A stretch of DNA of 57,018 nt from Acidimicrobiia bacterium (GCA_016871375.1 VFYY01000003.1:1-57018); one strand, 5' to 3'; shown: positions 8,686 through 18,965, numbered from the stretch's first letter. The notes: generated by a model from the letters alone, not told the origin. Numbers and translations are program-made.

Positions 8686-9270
8686 ATGGTCGCGACCGAC
8701 TCGCTGGCGCTCACGCGGGAAATCGACGCGTTCCGCCGCCAGTTCGAGCAGCTGTCCGCGGACGCCGACGCGCTGGTCGCGCCGCTCAGCGACGAGCAAT
8801 TTCACTGGCAGCCGCGCCCGGATTCGTGGTCGGTCGCGCAGTGCCTCGAGCACCTGAACGTGACCGCGCGCGAGTACCTGCCGAAGCTCGACGAAGGCAT
8901 CGCCGACGCCATCCGCCGCGGCGCGTACGGGCCGGGCCCGTTCACCTACAACTGGATCGGCAGATTGATGGAGTGGGTCGTCAAGCCGACGACGAAGGTG
9001 AAGGCCAAGGCCCCGCGGCCCTTCCAGCCCGCAAAAGGCCGCCCCCGCCAGGAGGTCATGGCCGCGTTCCGCGCCTACAAGGTGCAGTACATCGACCGGC
9101 TGCGCCAGGCCAACGGGCTCGACCTCGCGCGCGCGCGGGTGGCGTCGCCCGCGCTCGCCTGGCTGCGGATGCCGCTCGGTTCCGGGTTCGCCACGATGAT
9201 CGCGCACGAGCAACGGCACCTCGCCCAGGCACGCCGCGTACTGACCGCTCCAGGCTTCCCTTCGTCGTGA
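8686..9270 (+). CDS. DinB-family protein
   Basis: WSVAQCLEHL ... HEQRHLAQA, the His triad of the DinB_2 four-helix bundle. Confidence 0.8.
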   Translation: MVATDSLALTREIDAFRRQFEQLSADADALVAPLSDEQFHWQPRPDSWSVAQCLEHLNVTAREYLPKLDEGIADAIRRGAYGPGPFTYNWIGRLMEWVVKPTTKVKAKAPRPFQPAKGRPRQEVMAAFRAYKVQYIDRLRQANGLDLARARVASPALAWLRMPLGSGFATMIAHEQRHLAQARRVLTAPGFPSS

Positions 9271-10619
9271 CCACGGTCAAGCTGTCGACTGTGCTCTCCG
9301 CGATGTCCTACGCCCTCGATCTCACCGAGGGCCAGCCGCAGGGGCATGCCTCGCGGAGCTGCCTCATCGGCATGCGCATCGCCGAGGAGCTGCAGCTCAC
9401 CGCCGACGAGCGGTCCGACCTCTTCTACGCGCTGCTGATGAAGGACGCCGGCTGCTCGAGCAACGCCGCGCGCGTGTCGCAGCTCTTCGGCGGCGACGAC
9501 CAGGACGCCAAGCGCGGGCTGTGGGAGCGCGACTGGCGGAAGTGGGGCGAGAAGATCCGTTATGCGCTCGAATACACGGAGCCGGGCGGATCGCTCATCG
9601 AGCGTGCGCGCCGGTTCGTGACGCTGGCCATTGCCGGCCCCTCCAGCCAGCGCGAGCTGTTCGAGATCCGGTGCGACCGCGGCGCCAACATCGCGCGCGC
9701 CCTCGGCGCCTCCGAGCCGACCGCGGTCGCCATCCGCTGCATGGACGAGCACTGGGACGGCGGCGGCTATCCCGAGGGCCTGCGCAAGGAGCAGATCCCG
9801 CTCTACGCGCGCATCGTCGGCCTGGCGCAGGTCGCCGAGATCTACTGGGGCATGGGCGGGCCGCAGGCCGCGATCGGCGTCGCGCGCGACCGCCGCAGCC
9901 GCTGGTTCGATCCGGAGCTGGTCAAGGTGATGCTGTCGGTCGGGGCCTCCGACCGGCTGTGGTCGGACCTCGACTCGCCGTCCCTGCCGGACGCCATCGC
10001 GTCCGCCGAGCCGATCGAGCGCGCGATCCCGGCCGACGAAACGCGCCTCGACAAGATCGCCCACGCCTTCGCGCTCGTCGTCGACGCGAAGTCGAACTTC
10101 ACGTATCACCACTCGGACCGCGTCGCGGCGATCTGCGACGCGCTGGCCGCGGAGCTCGGGCTGCCGGACGAGCAGCGCGTGCGGCTGCGCCGAGCGGCGC
10201 TGCTCCACGACATCGGCAAGCTGTCGGTGCCGAACCGCATCCTCGACAAGCCTGGCAAGCTGGACGCCGACGAATGGACCGTCGTGAAGCAGCATCCCTA
10301 CTTCACCTACGAGATCCTCGCGCGCGTCCCGGTGTTCTCCGACTTCGCCTACGACGCGAGCTGCCACCACGAGCGCCTGGACGGCCGCGGCTACTACCGC
10401 GGCGTCTCCGGCGACAGGCTCTCGACGCAGGCGCGCATCATGGCGACGGCCGACGTCTTCGACGCGCTCTCGGCCGCGCGGCCGTACCGCGGGCCGATGC
10501 CGCTCGATCAGGTCCTGAAAGTCATCGGGGAGGGCCGCGGCACCGCGCACTGCCCGGTGACGGTGGACGCCCTGTTCGCGATTGCGAGCCGGGACAGCCG
10601 GCGGCTCATCGCGTCGTAG
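9267..10619 (+). CDS. HD-GYP-type phosphohydrolase (degenerate N-terminal HD-like domain plus canonical C-terminal domain)
   Basis: HHSDRV, LLHDIGKLSVP, HHERLDGRGYYRG. GTG 9267 overlaps the DinB stop (GTGA), inside the longer ORF 8826..10619. Confidence 0.8.
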   Translation: MTTVKLSTVLSAMSYALDLTEGQPQGHASRSCLIGMRIAEELQLTADERSDLFYALLMKDAGCSSNAARVSQLFGGDDQDAKRGLWERDWRKWGEKIRYALEYTEPGGSLIERARRFVTLAIAGPSSQRELFEIRCDRGANIARALGASEPTAVAIRCMDEHWDGGGYPEGLRKEQIPLYARIVGLAQVAEIYWGMGGPQAAIGVARDRRSRWFDPELVKVMLSVGASDRLWSDLDSPSLPDAIASAEPIERAIPADETRLDKIAHAFALVVDAKSNFTYHHSDRVAAICDALAAELGLPDEQRVRLRRAALLHDIGKLSVPNRILDKPGKLDADEWTVVKQHPYFTYEILARVPVFSDFAYDASCHHERLDGRGYYRGVSGDRLSTQARIMATADVFDALSAARPYRGPMPLDQVLKVIGEGRGTAHCPVTVDALFAIASRDSRRLIAS

Positions 10620-12228
10620 CTTCCTGCAGGACGCGCCCTTCGGCGCCCGGCAGCCTGACGTTGACGAGGCTGGCGAGCGTCGGCGCGATGTCCGCCGGTG
10701 AGGAACGGGCGTCGAGGCGGCCCGCGCGGATGCGTCCGCCGAAGAGCAGCAACGGGACACGGCGGTCGTATTCGTGCAGCGTGCCGTGCGAGGCGGCGTT
10801 GGCCACGTTGCGACCGCTCAGCAACCAGTTGGGCTCCGTGATGAGGACCAGGTCGCCGCCGCGGCCCTCGGCGTAGCTGAGTGCCGCCGCGCGCACGGCG
10901 GCGTCGTCGCTCGCGGGCGACAGGTCCGACACGGGAATCACCCGCGCGATGCCGTCCACGTTCTCCAGCTCCGAGATGAAGGTGCGCCACAGCGCGGCAT
11001 CGGCGCGCAGCCGCTGCTCCACGCCGGGCGCGAAGAAGACGTAGGGCGCGCGCACCAGCACGTAGTTGCCCGTCCCCGCGCCCCAGCGGCTGCGCAGCAT
11101 CTCTTCGAGGCGCTCCTCGACGTCCTCGACGATCACGCGCGTGCCGCCCTTCGCCGGCTCGAACGCCAGGCCGACGCCGTGATCGGCGGTCAGCGCCAGG
11201 GCGTAGCCGCCACGGCCCAGACGCTGGTCGAGTCCGGCAATCAGCTCGCCGAGCGTGAAATCGAGGTTGATCAGGATCTCCTCGACCTCGCGGCTGCGCG
11301 GGCCGAAGCGATGCCCCAGGTAGTCCAGCGCGGAAAAGCCGACCGCGAGCAGGTCCGGCGCCGCGTCACGCCCGAGCTGCAGGCTGTCCACCATCCCGAG
11401 CGCCATGCGCGCGAGATACCGATCGGAGCGCGGGCTCTCCGCCCAGAAACCCGGCGATCGCTCGTCGGGCCCCTTCGGGCCCGCGACGGCGTGCGGGAAC
11501 AATCCGTCGCGCCCGGCCTGCGGCCGCTGTCCCGGCGTGGCGTCGGCAAACAGATAGTCGGCGGGAGGCTCGCGCAGCGTCCACGCGCCTTCCATGTCCT
11601 TGCTGAGCGGGTTGTGGGTCAGGTAATCGACGACCGCGGGCACGCGCCGTTCGGCGTAGGCGCGCGAGGTGACGAACGCCCCCATCGGCTGGTCGAACCA
11701 CAGCACGACGTCGCCGCCGTGGCCCGCCAGCATCACCGCGGTGTCGGGCTTCATCGACAGCGAGACGACCTTCGCGCCCGGCTTCTGCCGGCGCAGCTCG
11801 TCGCCAAGCGTCTGCGCGCGCAGCAGCTGCGCGCTGTTGCCGGCCGCGACGCGGCGGCCGTAGCTGATGTGCATGCCCGCGGGCCGCTCGTCGATGCTGC
11901 AGTCCACGAGCGCGTTCCGCCCGCGGTCCCACCACGTGTTGCCGCCGATGCCGTGGGTGCGCGGGAAGGCGCCGGTGGCCACGGTGGCGTGGCCGGCGCA
12001 GGTGACGGTGTTGAGGTAGGGATACTCGTTGCGCTCGAAGACGGCGCCCTCGGTCAGCAGCGTCCGGAAGCCGCTGCGCCAGTGCCGGTCGAGGACGGTG
12101 AGGTAATCGGCGCGCATCTGGTCGACGACGACGACGACCAGCAGGCGCGGGGCGTCATCCTGCCCGCGCACCGGCGTCGATCCCAGCAGGGCGACGCCGA
12201 GGAGGGCACTGATGACGGCGCGTGTCAC
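10606..12228 (-). CDS. alkaline-phosphatase-superfamily phosphodiesterase / nucleotide pyrophosphatase
   Basis: Signal peptide, VVVVDQMRADYL and NTVTCAGHATVATG metal/nucleophile motifs. Confidence 0.8.
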   Translation of the reverse strand: MTRAVISALLGVALLGSTPVRGQDDAPRLLVVVVVDQMRADYLTVLDRHWRSGFRTLLTEGAVFERNEYPYLNTVTCAGHATVATGAFPRTHGIGGNTWWDRGRNALVDCSIDERPAGMHISYGRRVAAGNSAQLLRAQTLGDELRRQKPGAKVVSLSMKPDTAVMLAGHGGDVVLWFDQPMGAFVTSRAYAERRVPAVVDYLTHNPLSKDMEGAWTLREPPADYLFADATPGQRPQAGRDGLFPHAVAGPKGPDERSPGFWAESPRSDRYLARMALGMVDSLQLGRDAAPDLLAVGFSALDYLGHRFGPRSREVEEILINLDFTLGELIAGLDQRLGRGGYALALTADHGVGLAFEPAKGGTRVIVEDVEERLEEMLRSRWGAGTGNYVLVRAPYVFFAPGVEQRLRADAALWRTFISELENVDGIARVIPVSDLSPASDDAAVRAAALSYAEGRGGDLVLITEPNWLLSGRNVANAASHGTLHEYDRRVPLLLFGGRIRAGRLDARSSPADIAPTLASLVNVRLPGAEGRVLQEATTR

Positions 12229-14078
12229 GCACGCACCGCGGCCGCGATGTGCCGCGCCGAGATGCCGTAGCGATCGACGAGCTGCTCCGGCGTGCCGCTG
12301 CGCGGGATCTCCCGCACGGCGAGCCGCCGCACGGTGAAGCCTTGCGGGGCCACCGCGGCGGCGACCGCGTCGCCGACGCCGCCGGCGGCGTAGTGATCCT
12401 CGACGGTGATCAGGCGGCCGCCGGTCTCACGCGCGCAGCGCAGCAGGGTGGCGCCGTCGATCGGCTGCAGCGAGTACAGGTCGATGACGCGGATGGCCGT
12501 GCCCTGCTCCTTCAGCTCGTCGTAGGCCTCGAGCGCCTCGAACACCGTCACGCCCGCGCCGATCACGGTGGCCACATCACTGGCGCTCTCGCGCAGCACC
12601 TTCAGGCCGCCGACCTCGAACCGCTCGTCGGGGCCGTAGATCACCGGCGTCTTCGGCCGCGACGTGCGCATGTAGGCCGGTCCCGGGTGATAGGCCATCC
12701 GCTCGATCAGCCGCTCGGTGCTGACGCCGTCGCACGGATACAGCACGGTCATGTTCGGCTGCGAGCGCATGAAGGCGAGGTCCTCGAGCGCCATCTGCGA
12801 CGGCCCGTCCTCGCCAATCGAGACGCCGGCGTGCGAGCCGGCCATCTTGATGTTCAGGTTGCTGATGCAGGCCATGCGGATGAAGTCCGCGGCCCGCGAG
12901 AGGAACGCGGCAAACGTCGAGGGGAACGGGATCGCGCCGCGGCTGGCCAGCCCCATCGCCGCGCCGATCATCACCTGCTCGGCGATGAAGACCTGGTACA
13001 TGCGGTCGGGGTGCTGCTGCTCGAATTTCTCGCTGAACGTGGAGTTCTTCACGTCCGCGTCGAGCGCGACCACGCGGCTGTCGGTGGCGCCGAGCCTGGC
13101 GATGGCGGCGCCGTACGCCTCGCGCGTCGCCACGCTGTCGCCGACCTTGTAGGACGGCGCGCCCACCGTTCCGTTACCCGCGCGCGGCCGCTGCACCTTC
13201 TTCGGCGCCGCCGGCGGCGACGCCGGGCCGTCGTCTTCGGGCACCAGCTGCGTGCGCAGCTCGGCGAGCGCCTTGTCCAGCTCCTCACCCTTCCTGAGCG
13301 GCTTGCCGTGCCAGCCCGGCTTCCCCTCGATGAACGAGACGCCCTTCCCCTTGAGCGTCTTCGCCAGAATCATCGTCGGCCTGCCGCGGGTGCGTCGCGC
13401 CTCGTCGAGCGCGTCGAGAATCTGGGGCAGGTCGTGGCCGTCCACCACGATCGCGTGCCAGCCGAAGGCGCGCCAGCGGACGGCGAGATCCTCCAGCTGA
13501 TGGCCCCACTGCGTCGGACCCGCCTGGCCGAGCGCGTTCACGTCGGTGATGGCGCAGAGCGAGTCGAGCCTGTCGTGCGAGCCGACGTTGGCCGCCTCCC
13601 AGACGGAGCCCTCGGCGGTCTCGCCGTCGCCCATGAGGCAGTAGGTGCGGTAGTCGGAGCCGATGCGCCGCGCGTTGAGCGCGAGGCCGATCGCCGCGCA
13701 GAGTCCCTGGCCGAGCGACCCGGTGGCGACGTCCACGAACGGCAGCCGCGGCGTCGGATGGCCCTCGAGGTCCGAGTCGATGCGCCGGAGCTTCACCAGG
13801 TCGTCACGCTTGACGTAGCCGGCCTCGGCCCACGCGCTGTAGAGGATCGGCGCGGCGTGCCCCTTCGACAACACGACGCGGTCGTTGTCGGCGTGCTGCG
13901 GATCGTTCGTGTCGTAGCGCATCTCGGCGAAGAACAGCGCGGCGACGAGCTCCGCCGCCGAGCAGCACGTGCTCGGATGGCCGCTCCCCGCTTCGGAGGT
14001 GGAGACGACCGAGTCGATGCGCAGACGTGTGGCGATGTTCTTCAGCGCGGAAATGCGCGCGCGGGTCTCGAGCGGCAA
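12225..14078 (-). CDS. tkt: transketolase (617-aa form)
   Basis: GSGHPSTCCSAAE, ThDP motif GDGETAEGSVWEA, and pyrimidine-binding and C-terminal domains. 4-bp overlap with the downstream AlkP gene. Confidence 0.85.
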   Translation of the reverse strand: MPLETRARISALKNIATRLRIDSVVSTSEAGSGHPSTCCSAAELVAALFFAEMRYDTNDPQHADNDRVVLSKGHAAPILYSAWAEAGYVKRDDLVKLRRIDSDLEGHPTPRLPFVDVATGSLGQGLCAAIGLALNARRIGSDYRTYCLMGDGETAEGSVWEAANVGSHDRLDSLCAITDVNALGQAGPTQWGHQLEDLAVRWRAFGWHAIVVDGHDLPQILDALDEARRTRGRPTMILAKTLKGKGVSFIEGKPGWHGKPLRKGEELDKALAELRTQLVPEDDGPASPPAAPKKVQRPRAGNGTVGAPSYKVGDSVATREAYGAAIARLGATDSRVVALDADVKNSTFSEKFEQQHPDRMYQVFIAEQVMIGAAMGLASRGAIPFPSTFAAFLSRAADFIRMACISNLNIKMAGSHAGVSIGEDGPSQMALEDLAFMRSQPNMTVLYPCDGVSTERLIERMAYHPGPAYMRTSRPKTPVIYGPDERFEVGGLKVLRESASDVATVIGAGVTVFEALEAYDELKEQGTAIRVIDLYSLQPIDGATLLRCARETGGRLITVEDHYAAGGVGDAVAAAVAPQGFTVRRLAVREIPRSGTPEQLVDRYGISARHIAAAVRA

Positions 14079-14128
14079 GATGGGGCCTCCGGTGACCGGG
14101 AATTTTACCGGTTCTGGAGTGCGAAAAC

Positions 14129-14134
14129 TATAAT
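14129..14134 (+). promoter_or_regulatory. TATAAT -10 box 6 nt upstream of ATG 14141 (possible leaderless mRNA)
   Basis: A perfect TATAAT in GC-rich context, with no room for a Shine-Dalgarno sequence. Confidence 0.35.
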
Positions 14135-14140
14135 GCCCGG

Positions 14141-14632
14141 ATGCTCGCGCTGCGGTACGTGTACGTGCTGGCGCTGGTCATCTGGCTCGGCGGCATGATC
14201 GTGCTCGGCGCGCTCGTCGCCCCTACGACGTTCCAGATCCTGCAGACGATCGAGCCGGCGACCGGACGCGCGCTCGCGGGCGACCTCTTCGGCGCCACCA
14301 TCGCGCGCTTTCATTACATCGCGTATGCCGCCGGCGGCCTGCTGCTGGTGACGCTCGCCGCCATGGCTGTGCTGGGGCCGCGCCCGCGGGCGTTTGCCAT
14401 ACGCAGCGCGCTCATCGGCGCCATGCTGCTCATCTCGCTCTACTCGGGCTTCGTCGTGCTCGGCCGCATCGACGCGGTGCAGCAGGAGATCGGCGGCCTG
14501 GCGTCGCGGCTGCCCGCCGGCGACGCGCGGCGCACCGAGTTCGACGCCCTCCACCGCCTGTCCACGAACCTCATGTTCGTCAACATGGCCGGCGCGCTCG
14601 TGCTCCTCTACTGGGAAGCCCGGGAGCCATGA
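14141..14632 (+). CDS. small membrane protein (DUF4149-like, 4 TM)
   Basis: 163 aa with four hydrophobic segments. The stop overlaps the IDH start. Confidence 0.6.
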   Translation: MLALRYVYVLALVIWLGGMIVLGALVAPTTFQILQTIEPATGRALAGDLFGATIARFHYIAYAAGGLLLVTLAAMAVLGPRPRAFAIRSALIGAMLLISLYSGFVVLGRIDAVQQEIGGLASRLPAGDARRTEFDALHRLSTNLMFVNMAGALVLLYWEAREP

Positions 14633-15630
14633 AGCACACGATCACGCTGATTCCGGGCGACGGCATCGGGCCGGAAGTCTCGAGCGCCGTCGTCACGATT
14701 CTCGAGCGCGCGGGGCTCGACGTCGAATGGGAGTCGCACCTGGCGGGCGTCGAGGCGCTGGAGCGAAAGGGCTCCACGCTGCCCAGCGATCTCCTCGACT
14801 CGATACGCCGCAACAAGGTCGCGCTGAAGGGGCCGGTGACCACGCCGGTCGGCGGCGGGTTCACCAGCGTGAACGTCGGGCTGCGCAAGGCGCTGGATCT
14901 GTTCGCGAACCTCCGCCCGGTGTGGAACATCCCGGCCGTCCCCTCGAAGTACACGGGCATCGACCTCGTCATCGTGCGCGAGAACACCGAGGACCTGTAC
15001 TCCGGCCTCGAGCACGAGGTGATCCCGGGCGTGGTGGAGAGCCTGAAGATCATCACCGCCCAGGCGTCCGAGCGCATCGCGCGCTTCGCGTTCGAGCACG
15101 CGCGGAAGCACGGACGGACGCGCGTGACCGCGGTGCACAAGGCCAACATCATGAAGATGGGCGACGGCCTTTTCCTGTCGAGCGTGAAGAAGGTGGCCGC
15201 CGAGTACCCGGACATCACCTGCGACGACCGCATCGTGGACGCCGCGTGCATGCACCTGGTGATGAAGCCGGCGCAGTTCGACATCCTGCTGCTGCCGAAC
15301 CTGTACGGCGACATCGTGTCGGACCTGTGCGCCGGCCTCGTCGGCGGCCTTGGCGTGGTGCCCGCGGCCAACCTCGGCACCGACATCGGCGTGTTCGAGG
15401 CGGTGCACGGCAGCGCGCCCGACATCGCGGGCAAGGGACTCGCCAACCCGACCGCGCTGCTGCTCTCGGCGATTCTGATGCTTCGGCACATCGCCGAAGG
15501 CCCGATGGCCGACCGGATCATGGCCGCGCTCGGCACCGTGCTCGAGAAGGACCACATTCTCACGCGGGACCTCGGCGGCACCGCGAGCACCGCCGAGTTC
15601 ACCAACGCCATCGTCCGCCGTTTGGTATAG
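14629..15630 (+). CDS. NAD-dependent isocitrate dehydrogenase type (isocitrate/isopropylmalate dehydrogenase family)
   Basis: ITLIPGDGIGPEV, NLRP, and NLYGDIVSDL motifs. The 333-aa size fits the IDH3-like subgroup. Confidence 0.85.
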   Translation: MKHTITLIPGDGIGPEVSSAVVTILERAGLDVEWESHLAGVEALERKGSTLPSDLLDSIRRNKVALKGPVTTPVGGGFTSVNVGLRKALDLFANLRPVWNIPAVPSKYTGIDLVIVRENTEDLYSGLEHEVIPGVVESLKIITAQASERIARFAFEHARKHGRTRVTAVHKANIMKMGDGLFLSSVKKVAAEYPDITCDDRIVDAACMHLVMKPAQFDILLLPNLYGDIVSDLCAGLVGGLGVVPAANLGTDIGVFEAVHGSAPDIAGKGLANPTALLLSAILMLRHIAEGPMADRIMAALGTVLEKDHILTRDLGGTASTAEFTNAIVRRLV

Positions 15631-15642
15631 TCGCCCCAGCCG

Positions 15643-16767
15643 ATGCTCGACGACATCACACAGGCGGTGCTGTCCCGGGAGGAAGTCGAGCGGTACCTGA
15701 AGGGCAGCCACGGCGAGAGCGGGCGCGCCGCCCGCGAGCGCATCCACGGCTACCTCGAGGAGCTGCGGACGACGCAGCGGTATTCGATTTACCGGGTGCT
15801 GAAGCACCCGCTCTACCCGATCTTCCGGAAGATCGACCGCATCCCGGAGCACGTCGAGACCGTGCGCGCGGCGACGCGCGCCGGCCGGGTGGTCTACGTC
15901 TCCAACCACAAGAGCCACACCGACTACCTCGTCGAGCTGCTCGTGCTGGACGAGAGCGGCGTGCGCCCGCCGATCATCGCCGCCGGCATCAACCTGTTCG
16001 GCGGACCGCTCGGCCTGCTCAACCGGCACGTCACGGGCGCCATCCCGATCCGCCGCAACACGAAGGACCCGGCGTACCTGATCACGCTCAAGGCCTACGT
16101 GGCCGAGCTGCTGAAGAAGCACGACTTCTTCTTCTACCCGGAGGGCGGCCGCAGCTACAGCGGCGAGATCAAGAACCCGAAAACCGGGCTCATGCACGCC
16201 GCGCTCAATGCCGACCACGGCCACATCGTGATCGTGCCGACGGCGATCGCCTACGACCTCGTGCTCGAGGATCACGTGCTCGCGCGGCAGCGCGTGAAGC
16301 GGTCGCAGAAACCGTTCAGCCGCGAGCTGGCCGAGATGGTGCGCTACGCGGTGGGCTACAAGTCGCGCGCGTTCGTCACCTTCGGCAAGCCGATCGGGAT
16401 CGACGGCGTCGATCCGACATCGCGCAGCGAAGTGCTGGCCTTCACGCACACGGTGATGGACGCGATCGGGCGGCTCTACAAGGTGCTGCCGACGGCGGTC
16501 GTCGCCAACGCGATGCGGCCGTCGATTACGCGGCGGGACCTGCAGGCGCGCGCCGACGCGGTGCTCGACACGCTGCGCGCGGCCGGCGCCAACCTCGGCG
16601 TGCAGAGCGGCGCCGAGGCCGTCGAGTCCGCCCTCGAGCCGCTCGAGTCGCGCGGCATCATCGTCGTCGAGCGCGGGCGGGTGCGCGTCCGCGAGCGCAA
16701 CGTCCTCCGCTACTACGCGCGCACCCTCGATCACCTCCTCGCCTCCCCCTCGCGCCGCACGCACTGA
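15643..16767 (+). CDS. PlsB-like glycerol-3-phosphate/lysophospholipid acyltransferase (short form)
   Basis: HX4D motif NHKSHTDYL, IAAGINLFGGP, YPEGGRSYSG, and PKTGLM blocks, as in PlsB. Confidence 0.7.
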   Translation: MLDDITQAVLSREEVERYLKGSHGESGRAARERIHGYLEELRTTQRYSIYRVLKHPLYPIFRKIDRIPEHVETVRAATRAGRVVYVSNHKSHTDYLVELLVLDESGVRPPIIAAGINLFGGPLGLLNRHVTGAIPIRRNTKDPAYLITLKAYVAELLKKHDFFFYPEGGRSYSGEIKNPKTGLMHAALNADHGHIVIVPTAIAYDLVLEDHVLARQRVKRSQKPFSRELAEMVRYAVGYKSRAFVTFGKPIGIDGVDPTSRSEVLAFTHTVMDAIGRLYKVLPTAVVANAMRPSITRRDLQARADAVLDTLRAAGANLGVQSGAEAVESALEPLESRGIIVVERGRVRVRERNVLRYYARTLDHLLASPSRRTH

Positions 16768-17708
16768 TGTACGCGGGTTCCAAGGCGCTCTTCTACGCGC
16801 TGTCGCGCAGCGCGCTGCTGAAGAGGCTCGCCTCGACCTACGGCATGGCGACCGGCGAGAGCTTCGCGCGCCGGTTCATCGCGGGGGACACGATCGAGGA
16901 GGCCATCGAGGCCTCGCGGCGGCTGCAGGCGCGGGGGTTCCTGCTGACGCTGGACTATCTCGGGGAGAGCGTCCGCACGCCCGAGGAGGCCGCGGCCGCC
17001 ACGCGCGAGTACGTGCGGCTGATCGACGTCATCGTGGCGTCCGGCATCGAGCGCAACGTCTCCCTGAAGCTGACCCAGCTCGGCGTCGACGTCGACCGCG
17101 CCACGGCGGTGGACAACCTGCGCCGCATCCTCGACCCGGCGGCGCGGCATGGGTTCTTCGTCCGCATCGACATGGAGAACTCTCGGTACACGGACGTCAC
17201 GCTGGACGTGTTCGAGACGCTGTGGGAGCAGGAGTACCGGAACCTGGGCGTCGCCCTGCAGGCGGCGCTGCACCGCACCGAGCGCGACGTCAGGCGGATG
17301 AACGCGCTGGGCGCGCGCGTCCGTCTCGTCAAGGGTGCGTACAAGGAACCTGCGTCGGTCGCGTACCAGAAACAGTCCGAGGTGCAGGAGGCGTTTATCC
17401 GCCTCGTGCGGCTGCTCCTCGACGAAGGCACCTATCCGGCCATCGCGACGCACGATCCCGCGTCGTTGGACGCGACAACGGCCCATGCGCGGGAGCGCGG
17501 CATCACCAGCGACCGGTACGAGTTCCAGATGCTGTATGGAATCCGACGCGACCTGCAGGCTTCGCTCGTCGGCGAGGGCTACCGGATGCGGGTGTACGTC
17601 CCCTTTGGGCGGCAGTGGTTTCCGTACTTCATGCGCAGATTGGGCGAACGGCCTGCAAACGTGACATTTGTCTTGAGCTCGCTGCTGCGCGAACGCCACA
17701 CGCGGTAG
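16767..17708 (+). CDS. proline dehydrogenase (monofunctional PutA-like)
   Basis: The ATG overlaps the previous stop (TGATG). SLKLTQLG, RIDMENS, VRLVKGAY and FQMLYGIR blocks. It is the C-terminal part of the composite ORF 14394..17708. Confidence 0.85.
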   Translation: MYAGSKALFYALSRSALLKRLASTYGMATGESFARRFIAGDTIEEAIEASRRLQARGFLLTLDYLGESVRTPEEAAAATREYVRLIDVIVASGIERNVSLKLTQLGVDVDRATAVDNLRRILDPAARHGFFVRIDMENSRYTDVTLDVFETLWEQEYRNLGVALQAALHRTERDVRRMNALGARVRLVKGAYKEPASVAYQKQSEVQEAFIRLVRLLLDEGTYPAIATHDPASLDATTAHARERGITSDRYEFQMLYGIRRDLQASLVGEGYRMRVYVPFGRQWFPYFMRRLGERPANVTFVLSSLLRERHTR

Positions 17709-17801
17709 GCACGGCGTACGGCTGTGAGTCGCTGGTCGGCCAGCGGCGGGTCGCATGGCTTCAGCGCGGGCGGGAGCCCGCGCCACCGATGTCTCTCCAG
17801 G

Positions 17802-17830
17802 GGCCAGGCGCCGTCGCCTGGCCATTCTTT
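17802..17830 (+). terminator. intrinsic terminator-like hairpin
   Basis: GGCCAGGCG-CCGT-CGCCTGGCC followed by ATTCTTT, between convergent genes. Confidence 0.5.
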
Positions 17831-18965
17831 ACCCGGTAAAGGCGCGCGCGAGCTCGACGAGGGTGTTGCGGCAGGTGATCACATCCTCGACGACGACATA
17901 CTCCTCGGTACTGTGCAGGCCGGCGCCGCCGGGCCCGAAGAGCACGGTCGGGATACCGGCAGCGCCGAGGATGGCCGCGTCGCTCCAGAACGTCATGCCG
18001 ACGCGCTTCGGGGCACATCCGGCCGACGCGGCAGCGTGCGCCAGCGCCTCGGGCAGCGGGCTGGCGGCGTCGATCGCGTAGCCGCCGCGGCCGAAGAGCG
18101 CGCGCGCCTCGCCCTCGAACTCCGGGTCCTCCGCGCGGCACGCCTCGAGGATCGCCTGCACCTCCAGCAGCGCGGCATCCGCCGGCTCGCCGGGCAGCGT
18201 CCGCCGTTCGAGCTGCAGGACGCAGCGATCCGGGTAGCTGCTCAGCTCGCGTCCTCCGCCGACGGTCGAGGCGTGCACGGACCCGGTGCCGAGCAGCGGA
18301 TCGGGCGGACGCGACTGCAGCCGGCGATCGAGCGATTCGAGCCGGCCGAGCACCCGCCCCATGCGGATGATGGCGTCGCGGCCCTCGCGCGGACGGCTGC
18401 CGTGCGCGGCGCGCCCGCACGTCTCCACCTCGATCCACTGGAAGCCCTTGTGCGCGACCGCGATGTCGAGGTCGGTCGGCTCGGTAATGACCGCCGCGTC
18501 GGCCCTGTGCGTCGTCACCAGCGCATCCGCGCCGATGCTCGCGTGCTCCTCGTCGGCCACGGCGGCGACGATGACGCGCCCGTAGGTCCAGCGGCCGCTT
18601 TCGGCGAGCAGCCTCGCCGCGCTGACCATGGCGGCCACGCCGCTCTTCATGTCCTGCGCGCCGCGGCCGTACAGCCGGCCGTCGCGTACGACCGGGTCGA
18701 ACGGCGCCGCCATGCCGGCGACCCCAACCGTGTCGAGGTGGCCGCAGAACATCAGCGTCCGTCCGGGTTTCGGCCCCTCGAGCACCGCCACCACGTTCGG
18801 CCGCCCCGGCGCGACCTCGGTGACGGTCACGTCGAGACCGCCGGCGCGGCACTCCTCCGCCACCCGGAGCGCGATGGCGGCCTCGCCGCGCGCGCCCGGC
18901 ACGAGCGACGGGTTCACCGAGTCGATCGCGACGAGGTCCCGAAGCAGAGCGATGGCGGGATCCAT
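17829..18965 (-). CDS. M20-family metallopeptidase (ArgE/DapE-like deacylase)
   Basis: LVAIDSVNP, CGHLDTVGV, and ADEEHASIGA metal-ligand blocks. Confidence 0.8.
   Translation of the reverse strand: MDPAIALLRDLVAIDSVNPSLVPGARGEAAIALRVAEECRAGGLDVTVTEVAPGRPNVVAVLEGPKPGRTLMFCGHLDTVGVAGMAAPFDPVVRDGRLYGRGAQDMKSGVAAMVSAARLLAESGRWTYGRVIVAAVADEEHASIGADALVTTHRADAAVITEPTDLDIAVAHKGFQWIEVETCGRAAHGSRPREGRDAIIRMGRVLGRLESLDRRLQSRPPDPLLGTGSVHASTVGGGRELSSYPDRCVLQLERRTLPGEPADAALLEVQAILEACRAEDPEFEGEARALFGRGGYAIDAASPLPEALAHAAASAGCAPKRVGMTFWSDAAILGAAGIPTVLFGPGGAGLHSTEEYVVVEDVITCRNTLVELARAFTG

Noticed and set aside
10606-10619. Two convergent gene pairs both overlap by exactly 14 nt (10606..10619, TCATCGCGTCGTAG, and 37208..37221, TCAGGACACGCTGA), which hinted at a shared element.
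   Set aside because: The two 14-mers share only the stop-codon ends, with no sequence similarity or secondary structure. This is most simply coincidence.
14394-17708. 1104-aa plus-strand ORF spanning four genes.
   Set aside because: Only its last 313 codons (16767..17708, proline dehydrogenase) look like protein. The upstream part is an alternative frame of the IDH and acyltransferase genes, which have strong motifs in their own frames.
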